From assembly GCA_944390355.1 (NCBI GenBank), contig CALXPT010000001.1:175507-239506 (forward strand): a stretch of DNA of 64,000 nucleotides, read 5' to 3'. The stretch's first letter is position 1. Every line of letters starts with the position of its first letter. This document shows positions 1 to 8,711 of the stretch, in pieces. Both the position numbers and the translations under genes were made by a program. The notes beneath the pieces were generated by a model. It did no database searches. It had not been told where the DNA came from and saw nothing but the letters and a program-made list of their open reading frames with translations. This DNA is from an uncultured Alphaproteobacteria bacterium. Lineage in GTDB: Bacteria; Pseudomonadota; Alphaproteobacteria; RF32; CAG-239.

Positions 1-1672
1 ATTCTTGCTGTACTTTGGCTATGTGTTCATGTATATCCGACCAGTTTGAATATTTATCTATAAATTTTTTGGCTTCTTCCGGTGATTTGGACAATTGGAC
101 GGCTATCGTCTCTTCCAAAATTTTGTGCATTACTTCCGGCAGTTTGGCGAAATTTATGCTTAATTTGCCGTTGCCGTCAAATGCTATTGCTCCGTGTTCC
201 AACAAAAAGTTGAAATGAATTAAATCGCCTAAGCGGTGTGGTTGGCTGGGCTGGGGTTTGGATTTTAACAACAGCCTTACTATCCATGTGGTATAAACCT
301 CTTTTAGCGTGGTTTCATTTATTATACCTGCCTTTACATATTCCGGCATAAATGTTATGGAGACAACATCGGCTTTATTTTCTTCTATCGTGTGTTTGTA
401 CAAACCTAAGGCATTTTGATAACTGCTGTCGGGGCCGAGAGAATGGCCGTTTTCATGCCCTATTACAAATATATGCTCCGCTTCTTCATTGAAATACTGA
501 TGAAAGTCTTTTTGAACCAATGCATCTAAGAGCTTTTTCTGACGGATTTTATCACCGCTCATGCGGACTTGACGGTGATAAACATTGCGTCTTCCTCCGC
601 CAGTTTTAATTGATAATTTATCATTATTGGGCAAATTTTGCGCCGTTGTAATTGCTCCGCGGCATTGCGCATAATCCCCACATAATGCGGTCAAATCAAC
701 ATCTACCATCGTTTGCTTGAGCTCGCCGCCTTGTGCTACATTTTGGGCATAGCGTTCACTATAAGGCATTAAAGCGGCTAAGGTTTTCATATGGTCTTTA
801 AATTTCAGCAAAAGCTTGGTTCCTTCCGGATTGACTATTCCTACTCGTATCCCAAGCATATCTTTTGCGACAATTTCTATACCCCGCGCGGAAAGCATTG
901 CCGATAGTTTGGCGTTCTCGCAAATCGTGCCACTCATTTCATCATCATAATTTTCACGGCTTATTGTAAATTCAAGCGGTGTATTTTGCATTTGCGCCCA
1001 ATGTTTGTCGGCAAGCATATCCATATCTTCATTATTTTGCAAAAGAGCCTGTGCCTGCCAGCCTAAATATTCTTTAAACAATTCGTCGGTTGTGTAATGG
1101 GCGGCAAGCTCCAACAAATTTGCTATTTCGGAAAACTCTTTTGAAAAATATTCGGTATAGTCAATCGCTTTTAATTCATTTCCATTCCGCCTGACCATCG
1201 TTCTTGCGCTTAAAATCTTTTTGACCTCTGAATCTTTGCCTTCATTTAGCATTTGTTCAATTATCCGGTGAAATTCTTCAACGCTCATATCGTGCGGATA
1301 AAAATTGCGCCCTGCAAAACCATGAATCCCTTCAAATATCTCTATCGGCTTAGAATCTATGCCATTCAAGCCCTCTACGCCGCTCATCATTTGAAACAGC
1401 TTAAGTGCTTTGGCCGCATGCGTGCTGTTCGGAGCGGCTTTTTCCAGTTCTCTCCTCATAATACGATTCATGTGGTGATCTTGTTCTTGGGCTACATCCG
1501 TCATTATCTTTCCGGCATTTACCAAATACTGCAAGGCTTTCTTATCCCCTTCCGCTAAATTTTGATAGCCCGCAAAATCTTTGCCGATTAATTCTATCGG
1601 CAGCGTCTGTTCAGTTATGATTTCATCTAATTTGTTTTCACTTATCGCTATTTCGTATCCGTTAATTTGCAT
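1..1672 (-). CDS. Zinc metallopeptidase-like protein (HExxH motif IGHENGH), 5'-partial at window edge (C-terminal part lies beyond position 1)
   Basis: Long stop-free minus-strand frame from window start to ATG at 1670-1672 (manual translation; not in ORF track because open at edge). HENGH motif. Family assignment (M49/DPP-III-like) uncertain. Confidence 0.5.
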   Translation of the reverse strand, partial: MQINGYEIAISENKLDEIITEQTLPIELIGKDFAGYQNLAEGDKKALQYLVNAGKIMTDVAQEQDHHMNRIMRRELEKAAPNSTHAAKALKLFQMMSGVEGLNGIDSKPIEIFEGIHGFAGRNFYPHDMSVEEFHRIIEQMLNEGKDSEVKKILSARTMVRRNGNELKAIDYTEYFSKEFSEIANLLELAAHYTTDELFKEYLGWQAQALLQNNEDMDMLADKHWAQMQNTPLEFTISRENYDDEMSGTICENAKLSAMLSARGIEIVAKDMLGIRVGIVNPEGTKLLLKFKDHMKTLAALMPYSERYAQNVAQGGELKQTMVDVDLTALCGDYAQCRGAITTAQNLPNNDKLSIKTGGGRRNVYHRQVRMSGDKIRQKKLLDALVQKDFHQYFNEEAEHIFVIGHENGHSLGPDSSYQNALGLYKHTIEENKADVVSITFMPEYVKAGIINETTLKEVYTTWIVRLLLKSKPQPSQPHRLGDLIHFNFLLEHGAIAFDGNGKLSINFAKLPEVMHKILEETIAVQLSKSPEEAKKFIDKYSNWSDIHEHIAKVQQE

Positions 1673-3167
1673 CTTCTTCTATCTCCACGGTGTAAAATTT
1701 ATAAATATTGATTTGATTTGACCAATAGCTCGGATTTAAGCCTGCTTTGAACTTCAAATCATTTAAAAAGGCTTGTTTGCTTTCATAGTTTTTCCATTGT
1801 TGCGGCAAAAATATTGCCTGTCTGTTCCCTGAACGCAGAATTACGCCGTCTTGGTTTTCATCTAACTTATTTAACAGGTCTTGCTCGTCTTTATATTTAA
1901 TTCGCTCTATGTCCGTAATCAACAGAATTGTGATTTTTAAATCTTCAGAATTGAGGTTTTTATCTAAAATCGTTTTGGCTGCATTATAGGTATTTTCAGC
2001 AACATCCAAAGATACACCCTGAGAAGGCAGAACATGTCCGTTTTGGGCTATGAGTTCTTTATCTTGAAACAAAAGAACATATGTTGCCCCGCGGTTAAAC
2101 AAAACATTATTATAATTTTTTCGCGAAGGTTTGTATTGGTGATTGCTTTCTAAAAACTCCGTTAAAGTCCGTTCGGCTATTTGCATCAAGTATTTACCGT
2201 GCACCGAAGCAAAATCCTGAAGTGATTTTTGCTCTTTTTCTATGCTCGGCGAGCTTGTTTTATCCACTGTGCCAAAGTCCAGTTCATAAGCCGAGTATTT
2301 TTCAAACTGTTTCATCTCCTGTTCGGCATTTACCAAATCTATGGTTTTTGGGGTTAGATTTAGGGATTGGGCTATTTTTAAGGCCGCCTCTATCCCTCTT
2401 TTGCCACAATCTAAATGCTCATCTTCGCTTTCGGATAACGGATTTTGCGTGCCGGTATAATAATTAGCCAAATCTGCTGAAATTATCACAACCGTATCAT
2501 TTCTTTTGGTGTATGGAATGAGTGCTTGGGCTAAGTCTTCCGCCGTTATTTGGCTGTACAAAACAGGGATAATGTTAAACTGCGGCAAGGCTTTTTGCAA
2601 ATATGACAACTGCTCCAAAATTACCGTTTCTCCGACAAAGGCTTTTGAATAATAGCGAAAAGATTTGGCTTCACTTAAGGAGGCGGCTACCTCTTGATTA
2701 ATCGGTGTGCCGGCTAAATTATCACGTTTTAAGATACCGGCTCCGGGGAAAATTTGGTTATGTGCAGGCGCGACAAAAATAACATTCTTTATGTCTTTTG
2801 CATAAGGTGCAAGCGTTTGGAATGCCTCCGTCGCTACTGCTGCCGAATACTGATAGCCGGCATGCGGGATAACAAAAAGCTCGGGGCGATGCTCAAAATC
2901 TTCACTTCCTTTGCGTTTACCGATAAAGCGTTCATAACGAATTTGGGCTTCTTTGGCTGAAGTCGGATAAAATAATCCTGCAACTACCGAGGGTCTTGTC
3001 CGCTCTACATATTCTTCCGGTATTTCATAATTATTAATACTTTGCGAGTTTGAGGCAATATGTCTGACAAAACTTTTGTAATTTAAAACCAGAACAAATA
3101 ACAAAAATATCCCTAACATCCCATATTTTATTATTTTGGAATAATTGGCTTGATTGGATATCGACAT
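1662..3167 (-). CDS. MEMO1-family (AmmeMemoRadiSam protein B-like) protein with a C-terminal AMMECR1-like region; N-terminal TM segment
   Basis: 501-aa ORF. Motifs LFYPTSA...VIPHAGYQYS...FVAPAHN are typical of Memo-like proteins. C-terminal about 150 aa unrelated to Memo and AMMECR1-like. Overlaps upstream gene by 11 nt. Confidence 0.5.
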   Translation of the reverse strand: MSISNQANYSKIIKYGMLGIFLLFVLVLNYKSFVRHIASNSQSINNYEIPEEYVERTRPSVVAGLFYPTSAKEAQIRYERFIGKRKGSEDFEHRPELFVIPHAGYQYSAAVATEAFQTLAPYAKDIKNVIFVAPAHNQIFPGAGILKRDNLAGTPINQEVAASLSEAKSFRYYSKAFVGETVILEQLSYLQKALPQFNIIPVLYSQITAEDLAQALIPYTKRNDTVVIISADLANYYTGTQNPLSESEDEHLDCGKRGIEAALKIAQSLNLTPKTIDLVNAEQEMKQFEKYSAYELDFGTVDKTSSPSIEKEQKSLQDFASVHGKYLMQIAERTLTEFLESNHQYKPSRKNYNNVLFNRGATYVLLFQDKELIAQNGHVLPSQGVSLDVAENTYNAAKTILDKNLNSEDLKITILLITDIERIKYKDEQDLLNKLDENQDGVILRSGNRQAIFLPQQWKNYESKQAFLNDLKFKAGLNPSYWSNQINIYKFYTVEIEEDAN

Positions 3168-3172
3168 TTTGC

Positions 3173-3850
3173 TTATTCCTTCCCGCTGATGAGCGTTTCA
3201 TATAATTTTTGAAAGCCCGAAAAATGTATCATTTTATTTGAATTATCGCTTTCATCTCCCCATATTGACTGATTAATGCGAATCGGCAAGGCGTTTATTC
3301 TTTCTGCCATTAAGCTATCTTGCGGACTATCTCCTATCACCCAGACATTTTGCGGGGAGATTTCTTTCTCCGAAATATAATCTTTTAAAGCATAAAGTGC
3401 GTGCTCTTTATGAGGCTTGTCGGCTTTAGCCTCGTGCCCGCAAACGATGTTGCAAAACAAATTTTTATCATATAAAAGCGGAAGTTCATATTCTATCAAA
3501 CAACGTTCCTTGTTGGTTACTATCATCATTCGGACATTGTGGGCGGCGAAAAAATCAAGCACCTTTTGCGCGTAGGGAAATGATGCTATTCGCGTCGGCA
3601 CAAGTTCTTTATATATTTCTCGATATTGTTCATAGGCGGCTTCCGCATTTTGCTTTCCAAAAACATTGGCAAAATTATCCTTAAAAGATAGGTTGCAATC
3701 TCTTTTTTCTTTAGATATTTCCCAATCAGGCAAGTTATAAGCCGCCAAAACTTTATTAACTGCCGCGACCAATGCAGGACGACTTTCGGCTAATGTATTA
3801 TCCCAATCAAAAAGCACATATTTTAATTTTGAAATATCCAATGGTTCCAT
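3173..3850 (-). CDS. HAD-superfamily hydrolase (phosphatase)
   Basis: 225 aa. N-terminal FDWDNTL (DxDxT-type HAD motif I). Later GDSxxD motif. Confidence 0.7.
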   Translation of the reverse strand: MEPLDISKLKYVLFDWDNTLAESRPALVAAVNKVLAAYNLPDWEISKEKRDCNLSFKDNFANVFGKQNAEAAYEQYREIYKELVPTRIASFPYAQKVLDFFAAHNVRMMIVTNKERCLIEYELPLLYDKNLFCNIVCGHEAKADKPHKEHALYALKDYISEKEISPQNVWVIGDSPQDSLMAERINALPIRINQSIWGDESDNSNKMIHFSGFQKLYETLISGKE

Positions 3851-3982
3851 ATTCTAAACTCCGTTGTCATCATAAAAGATGCGAAGTTATTTCTCAAGTA
3901 AAATTTATAAACTTCACATATGGAAAACTTTTTTTTTGCAAAATACTTTGCCCAAACCCGCGGAAAACCTCGAAAATTTCTA

Positions 3983-4011
3983 TTGAAAGGATTTTTTTCT
4001 TGTGGTATAAT
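3983..4011 (+). promoter_or_regulatory. Sigma70-type promoter with extended -10 (TTGAAA-17nt-TGgTATAAT) for the Cys-rich secreted protein operon
   Basis: Near-consensus -35/-10 with 17-nt spacer and TGn. Identical architecture upstream of the paralog at 60782-60810 (minus). Confidence 0.55.
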
Positions 4012-4058
4012 ACGAGTCGTGGAGACAAATGTAATTAGAACTTTTTACGAGGTGTATT

Positions 4059-4940
4059 ATGATGAAAAAGGGTTGCCTTTTGCTGTGTGCTACAGCATTA
4101 AGCTTGGCTTGTTTGGATAATCAAGTTCAGGCATCAATTAATTTTAATCTAAAAGCACCTCCCGTTCCGAGCTATGCTAAATTACACACATCGCATACTT
4201 CACACCTCATAGCTCGACATTTGTCTCCCGAGAGTTTTAGGGAGAGACAAGAAATCAAGGTTGCGCAGGTTTGTTGGATTTTGGATACCGAAGACTGCGG
4301 CGGGGCGGACTTTGTCGGCACGGATTTGGAAGGCGGCACGCCGGAAGTTATTCCCCCAGGGGGAGGTGGCGGTGATAACAGTTGTATTGAAATGGGTTTT
4401 ACCAAAACCTCATGTCCGAGCGGTTATAAGCCTAATAAATATTGTCCTCTGAATAATACCTATTTTGCCGAATGTATTCTGGACTGCCCGAGTAATTACG
4501 TAACTTGTGAAGCACCGTTAAAAGGTGTCGGTACGGTCTGCGGCAATGGGTTATACAAAGACTGTTGTACGCCGACGTGTCCGGCGGAATACAAGTACAC
4601 ATTGGGTTCTATTCCCGATGGTTATGAAGCGGACGGCGAACCATGTGTAGAATGCGACGAAGGCGGATTGAAAATCAAGGAAAAATACAAAATCAAAGAG
4701 AAAGACTGTTCGGGATATTTGGATTGCGGCGACATGGGCTGTGCGGATGGCGCAACCGCTTGTCAAAGCGGCAATACAACCCTGTGTTCGGATTGCAAAA
4801 AATGCCCAAACCTCGGCACGGAGAGCGAATGTCCGCCGTGTTCGGTCTGCACGTTTGAAGAATGCTCGAATTTATATGTTGTAACCGGCTGTAAGTCTGG
4901 TTGCACCGACTGGTGCGACTATTGCGCTTTTGAACAATAA
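4059..4940 (+). CDS. Secreted cysteine-rich protein (signal peptide; about 40 Cys in C-terminal 200 aa), paralog of 59878-60741
   Basis: 293-aa ORF with signal peptide MMKKGCLLLCATALSLA. C-terminal about 200 aa nearly identical to the minus-strand paralog. RBS GAGG. Confidence 0.7.
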   Translation: MMKKGCLLLCATALSLACLDNQVQASINFNLKAPPVPSYAKLHTSHTSHLIARHLSPESFRERQEIKVAQVCWILDTEDCGGADFVGTDLEGGTPEVIPPGGGGGDNSCIEMGFTKTSCPSGYKPNKYCPLNNTYFAECILDCPSNYVTCEAPLKGVGTVCGNGLYKDCCTPTCPAEYKYTLGSIPDGYEADGEPCVECDEGGLKIKEKYKIKEKDCSGYLDCGDMGCADGATACQSGNTTLCSDCKKCPNLGTESECPPCSVCTFEECSNLYVVTGCKSGCTDWCDYCAFEQ

Positions 4941-4968
4941 TCTGAAATTATTATCAAGGAGATGTGTT

Positions 4969-5727
4969 ATGAGAAAGATTTTATTAATGAGTTCGGCTTT
5001 GGTGGTGAGTGGTTTGTTGAGCGGTGTGGCTGATGCGGCCTGTATTCAAACCCCGACCTGTTCATCTTTGGGATATACCTCGAGTTCATCTTGCACCGGT
5101 GGAACGAAATGCCCGTTCGGCAATGCTTGGAACTGCACTGGACCGAATAATACAACCGAAATTAAAAATATTAAAAATGAAATTACTAATATCAAAAATA
5201 GAATTACTAAATTGGAGAATAACTCGGGTTCCGGTTCAGGGACTGGCTCTGGGTCAGGAACTGGCGGGTATAGCCAAGCCTGCAGTGGATGTCAGGTGGG
5301 GGACCTTTACAATGGTTCAAATTGCTATAGTTTTTTATTAATAACTCCGGTTGGAGGATATTTCGTTTATGAAAAGGAAAACGGAAAATGCAAAGCTATG
5401 TCTCTCCAAGAGAGTGAAAGCATGACTGTGGATTATCTAAAAGGTGGTATAGTTGAAACCGATAAGGCAGGGGAAATGATTTGTAGACTCTTCAATATTG
5501 TTAATCCTAACCATATTAATTCAATTTTTAACGTTGAATATCATGACTCATGGAGTGTTCCAAACATTTATGAAGGAAATGACGGAAAGATGCATATATC
5601 AGGTTCTCTTACAGTATATCGGTCTTGTTCTAAGAGTAGTACTAGAATCTTTAGATATGATGGTGATGAAGTTGGAGTGGAGCAATATTTAAGTCAATTT
5701 AGAATGCCTAAAATGATTACTTTTTAA
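4969..5727 (+). CDS. Secreted protein with conserved N-terminal Cys module (AACIQTPxC...KCPFGNAWNCT), coiled-coil heptads and GS-rich linker
   Basis: ORF 4930-5727; likely start at ATG 4969 after AGGAG RBS. Signal peptide. N-terminal module shared with 59054-59836. Confidence 0.6.
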   Translation: MRKILLMSSALVVSGLLSGVADAACIQTPTCSSLGYTSSSSCTGGTKCPFGNAWNCTGPNNTTEIKNIKNEITNIKNRITKLENNSGSGSGTGSGSGTGGYSQACSGCQVGDLYNGSNCYSFLLITPVGGYFVYEKENGKCKAMSLQESESMTVDYLKGGIVETDKAGEMICRLFNIVNPNHINSIFNVEYHDSWSVPNIYEGNDGKMHISGSLTVYRSCSKSSTRIFRYDGDEVGVEQYLSQFRMPKMITF

Positions 5728-5742
5728 TCTTAAATATAACTT

Positions 5743-5778
5743 CAAGCCCGCTCTTTTAAGAGCGGGCTTGGAGGTTTT
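5743..5778. terminator. Bidirectional intrinsic terminator (13-bp stem, T-run) between convergent genes
   Basis: CAAGCCCGCTCTT-TT-AAGAGCGGGCTTG followed by GAGGTTTT. A-run upstream for the opposite strand. Confidence 0.6.
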
Positions 5779-5795
5779 AGTTCATAAAAGGACGT

Positions 5796-7475
5796 TTAAC
5801 GATGCAAGGGTTTGTAGCGAATCGCGTGCGGGTTGCAAGCGTCTTCACCCAAACGGCGCTTCTTGTCTTTTTCATATTCTTCAAAGTTGCCCTCAAACCA
5901 TACAACCTGAGAATCCCCCTCATACGCTATAATATGCGTTGCCAATCTATCCAGAAACCAGCGGTCGTGCGAGGTTACCAATACGCACCCAGGGTATGCC
6001 ATAATGCCTTCTTCCAAAGAACGCAAAGTATCTACATCCAAGTCATTGGTCGGCTCATCCAGCAAAATTACATTCGCCCCTTTGCGCAGCATTTTGGCCA
6101 AGTGGACACGATTGCGCTCACCGCCCGATAACTGCCCGACTTTCTTTTGTTGGTCTGCCCCTTTGAAATTGAACTGGCCGACGTAAGCGCGCGAGGGCAT
6201 TTCTTTTTTGCCAAGTTGAATGATATCCAGTCCGTCAGAAATTTCTTCCCACACCGTTTTGTCGGCGTCCAGCTCATCGCGGCTTTGGTCAACATAGCCC
6301 AGATCTACCGTATCGCCTAGTCTCAACTCTCCCGAATCGGGCTTTTCTTGTCCGGTTATCATCTTAAACAAGGTGGTTTTGCCCGCGCCGTTCGGCCCGA
6401 TGATACCGACAATCGCGCCCTTAGGAATCTTAAAGGACAAATTATCTATCAGCAATCTATCGCCAAAGCCTTTGGAAATGTTCTTGGCCTCAATCACCAA
6501 ATCGCCCAGACGCTCGGTCATCGGGATATTGATATGCGCCTGCGTGATTTTTTCTTTTGTAGCTTGAGACAGCAACTCATCATAAGCATTGATTCTCGCC
6601 TTAGACTTTGCCTGACGCGCTTTCGGATTTTTGCGAATCCATTCCAGCTCGTTGGCCAATGTGCGTTGTCTCGCACTCTCCTCCTTAGCCTCTTGAGCTA
6701 AGCGTTTTTCCTTTTGCTCCAGCCAAGAGCTGTAATTGCCTTCATACGGAATACCTTGTCCGCGGTCAATCTCTAATATCCAGCCGGTTACATTATCCAA
6801 GAAATAGCGGTCGTGGGTAACCATAACCACCGTACCTTTATAGTCTTGCAAATGTTTTTCAAGCCAAGCAACAGATTCCGCGTCCAAGTGGTTGGTCGGT
6901 TCATCTAAAAGCAACATATCGGGTTTTTGCAACAGCAAGCGGCACAAAGCAACACGGCGTTTTTCACCACCGGAGAGTTTAGTTACATCCGCATCTGAGG
7001 GCGGGCAACGCAAAGCGTCCATCGCGATTTCAATCGTGCGCTCCAAGTCCCAGCCGTCGCAAGCGTCGATTTTTTCCTGCAAGGCGGCCTGCTCTTCTAT
7101 CAAAGCGTTCATTTCATCGTCTGTCATCTCTTCGGCGAACTTCATCGAAACTTCTTCATATCTCTTCAGCAAGTCTCTGGTTTCACCAAGACCGTCCATG
7201 ATGTTTTCCATGACATTTTTATTGGGGTCTAACTGTGGCTCTTGCTCCAAGTATCCGACCTTGACGCCTTCTGCCGCCCAAGCCTCGCCGTTGAAGTCCT
7301 TATCAACACCGGCCATTATTTTTAGCAATGTTGATTTACCGGCACCGTTTACACCCAAAACGCCAATCTTTGCCCCAGGGAGAAACGACAAGGTTATGCC
7401 CTTGAACAACTCTTTGCCGTTTGGAAAAACTTTGGTTAAATTTTGCATGACAAAAACATATTGATATGCAGCCAT
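5796..7475 (-). CDS. ettA: Energy-dependent translational throttle protein EttA (ABC-F ATPase)
   Basis: 559 aa. Two ABC ATPase domains with Walker [10 protein letters not shown] / GPNGAGKTT and signature LSGGE. Collinear with E. coli EttA (YjjK) along whole length. Confidence 0.9.
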   Translation of the reverse strand: MAAYQYVFVMQNLTKVFPNGKELFKGITLSFLPGAKIGVLGVNGAGKSTLLKIMAGVDKDFNGEAWAAEGVKVGYLEQEPQLDPNKNVMENIMDGLGETRDLLKRYEEVSMKFAEEMTDDEMNALIEEQAALQEKIDACDGWDLERTIEIAMDALRCPPSDADVTKLSGGEKRRVALCRLLLQKPDMLLLDEPTNHLDAESVAWLEKHLQDYKGTVVMVTHDRYFLDNVTGWILEIDRGQGIPYEGNYSSWLEQKEKRLAQEAKEESARQRTLANELEWIRKNPKARQAKSKARINAYDELLSQATKEKITQAHINIPMTERLGDLVIEAKNISKGFGDRLLIDNLSFKIPKGAIVGIIGPNGAGKTTLFKMITGQEKPDSGELRLGDTVDLGYVDQSRDELDADKTVWEEISDGLDIIQLGKKEMPSRAYVGQFNFKGADQQKKVGQLSGGERNRVHLAKMLRKGANVILLDEPTNDLDVDTLRSLEEGIMAYPGCVLVTSHDRWFLDRLATHIIAYEGDSQVVWFEGNFEEYEKDKKRRLGEDACNPHAIRYKPLHR

Positions 7476-7586
7476 GTATTTTGCTCCTTATTCTTTTTTA
7501 TTCAAACTGTGTTGAAGTATAATGATTATTTCTCAACTTGCAATCTTTTTCCGTTATTACAAGGAAATCCTTATATCGGTATTCCA

Positions 7587-8285
7587 TTACCATTTGGATT
7601 TGATATGACCGATTGTATCATTTTTAACAACCGTGCTTTTAGAGGCCGGATGCTCCTCAACCGAGGGAGAAGGCTCTACACTCCTTGTACCGGAAACACT
7701 TTGCGAACCCGAAGGCAAACTTACGGAAACTTTTTTCGGCGGGGTTACGGTTTGAACCTCTGCGTTGCCCTCAGCTTTTATCTTCACCTCACCTACTTCA
7801 ACTTCACTTCCTTTATCATAAATTTTTTTGGCTTGTCGGCGCTGCTTGTCGCCGTCCTTTTTATAAATCACGCTTGCGTCATAGGCTTGTCTTGGCTTGA
7901 TAATCGTTCCATCGGGCATTTTTATTGTGCCGTCGGCGTACAAAACTGCCTGAAATATTTGCTGTGCATTAAATCGACGATTAATCTCCGCACAATCAAA
8001 CATCCCATCCATCTGTTTTGACATGTAGGCATTGGCTTTTTCTTCATTATAAGCATACATTGCTTGTGCCTGCATCGAATCATTCGGGGCTTTTGATATT
8101 AAAATCGCTCGCGCCAACCACTCAAATGTATCATATTTTGATGCATTGCACGCAAGCCCTTGCCCCGCTACCGAACCTAAAGCTCGTATCTCGTCTATAT
8201 AACTCACATCTTGGGCGGAGACTCTGCTTGCACAGATTCCCATAATCAGACTAAACAATAGCTTTTTTTGCATGTTTTTCTCCAC
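7587..8285 (-). CDS. Secreted hypothetical protein (signal peptide)
   Basis: 232-aa ORF. N-terminal signal peptide LLFSLIMGICASRVSAQD. No recognisable domain. Confidence 0.5.
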   Translation of the reverse strand: MEKNMQKKLLFSLIMGICASRVSAQDVSYIDEIRALGSVAGQGLACNASKYDTFEWLARAILISKAPNDSMQAQAMYAYNEEKANAYMSKQMDGMFDCAEINRRFNAQQIFQAVLYADGTIKMPDGTIIKPRQAYDASVIYKKDGDKQRRQAKKIYDKGSEVEVGEVKIKAEGNAEVQTVTPPKKVSVSLPSGSQSVSGTRSVEPSPSVEEHPASKSTVVKNDTIGHIKSKW

Positions 8286-8354
8286 TTAAGCTTCTTGATT
8301 ATACTTGTTTCGCCCTTAAGCGCAAGTTTTTTTAATCTTTTTTGAAAATTATAG

Positions 8355-8383
8355 TTGACAAATTATGCAAATTAACTTATGGT
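8355..8383 (+). promoter_or_regulatory. Candidate sigma70 promoter (TTGACA-17-TATGGT) for rpmJ
   Basis: Consensus -35 and 17-nt spacer. Weak -10. Confidence 0.4.
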
Positions 8384-8414
8384 GCAGGCAAATATTTGTG
8401 AAGGAATTATAACA

Positions 8415-8540
8415 ATGAAAATTTACAGTTCTTTGAAATCTAAAAAAGTGCGCGATAAAGACTGCAAAGTTGTTCGTCGTAAAGGTCGCGTTTATATCAT
8501 TAACAAAAAGAACCCTAAGATGAAAGCTCGTCAAGGTTAA
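8415..8540 (+). CDS. rpmJ: 50S ribosomal protein L36, Cys-less (zinc-independent) type
   Basis: 41-aa ORF missed by ORF track (too short): [41 protein letters not shown]. Matches the alphaproteobacterial-type L36 ending KxRQG. RBS GAAGGA. Terminator downstream. Confidence 0.75.
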   Translation: MKIYSSLKSKKVRDKDCKVVRRKGRVYIINKKNPKMKARQG

Positions 8541-8571
8541 TTGTTAAAGATACCTTTTGTTATGTTGATTT

Positions 8572-8601
8572 GAGCCTACTGTCTTTAAGTAGGCTTTTTT
8601 G
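8572..8601 (+). terminator. Intrinsic terminator after rpmJ
   Basis: AGCCTAC-loop-GTAGGCT followed by TTTTTT. Confidence 0.55.
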
Positions 8602-8663
8602 AGTGTTTGTTTTCATATTTGTACTCTGACAGATATTTTATTTTGGTTTTTTATCTCCCATAT

Positions 8664-8696
8664 AAAAAGGCATCTCTCCCAAGATGCCTTTTTTTT
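8664..8696. terminator. Bidirectional hairpin terminator downstream of pyk
   Basis: A-run, GGCATCTCTCCCAAGATGCC, T-run. Confidence 0.5.
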
Positions 8697-8711
8697 CATA
8701 TCTGCTGACAC

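Noticed and set aside
1253-1558. 101-aa plus-strand ORF
   Set aside because: Lies antisense inside the long HExxH peptidase reading frame. No RBS. Spurious.
3920-4120. 66-aa ORF MENFFFAKYF... whose FFSCGIIRVVE peptide also appears at the N-terminus of ORF 59878-60810
   Set aside because: The shared peptide is a translation of the duplicated promoter (TGGTATAAT) region, not a conserved protein.
5802-7464. Multiple 60-190-aa ORFs antisense to ettA, and similarly antisense to pyk, serS, sufB and others
   Set aside because: Embedded in well-supported conserved genes on the opposite strand. Typical spurious antisense ORFs.
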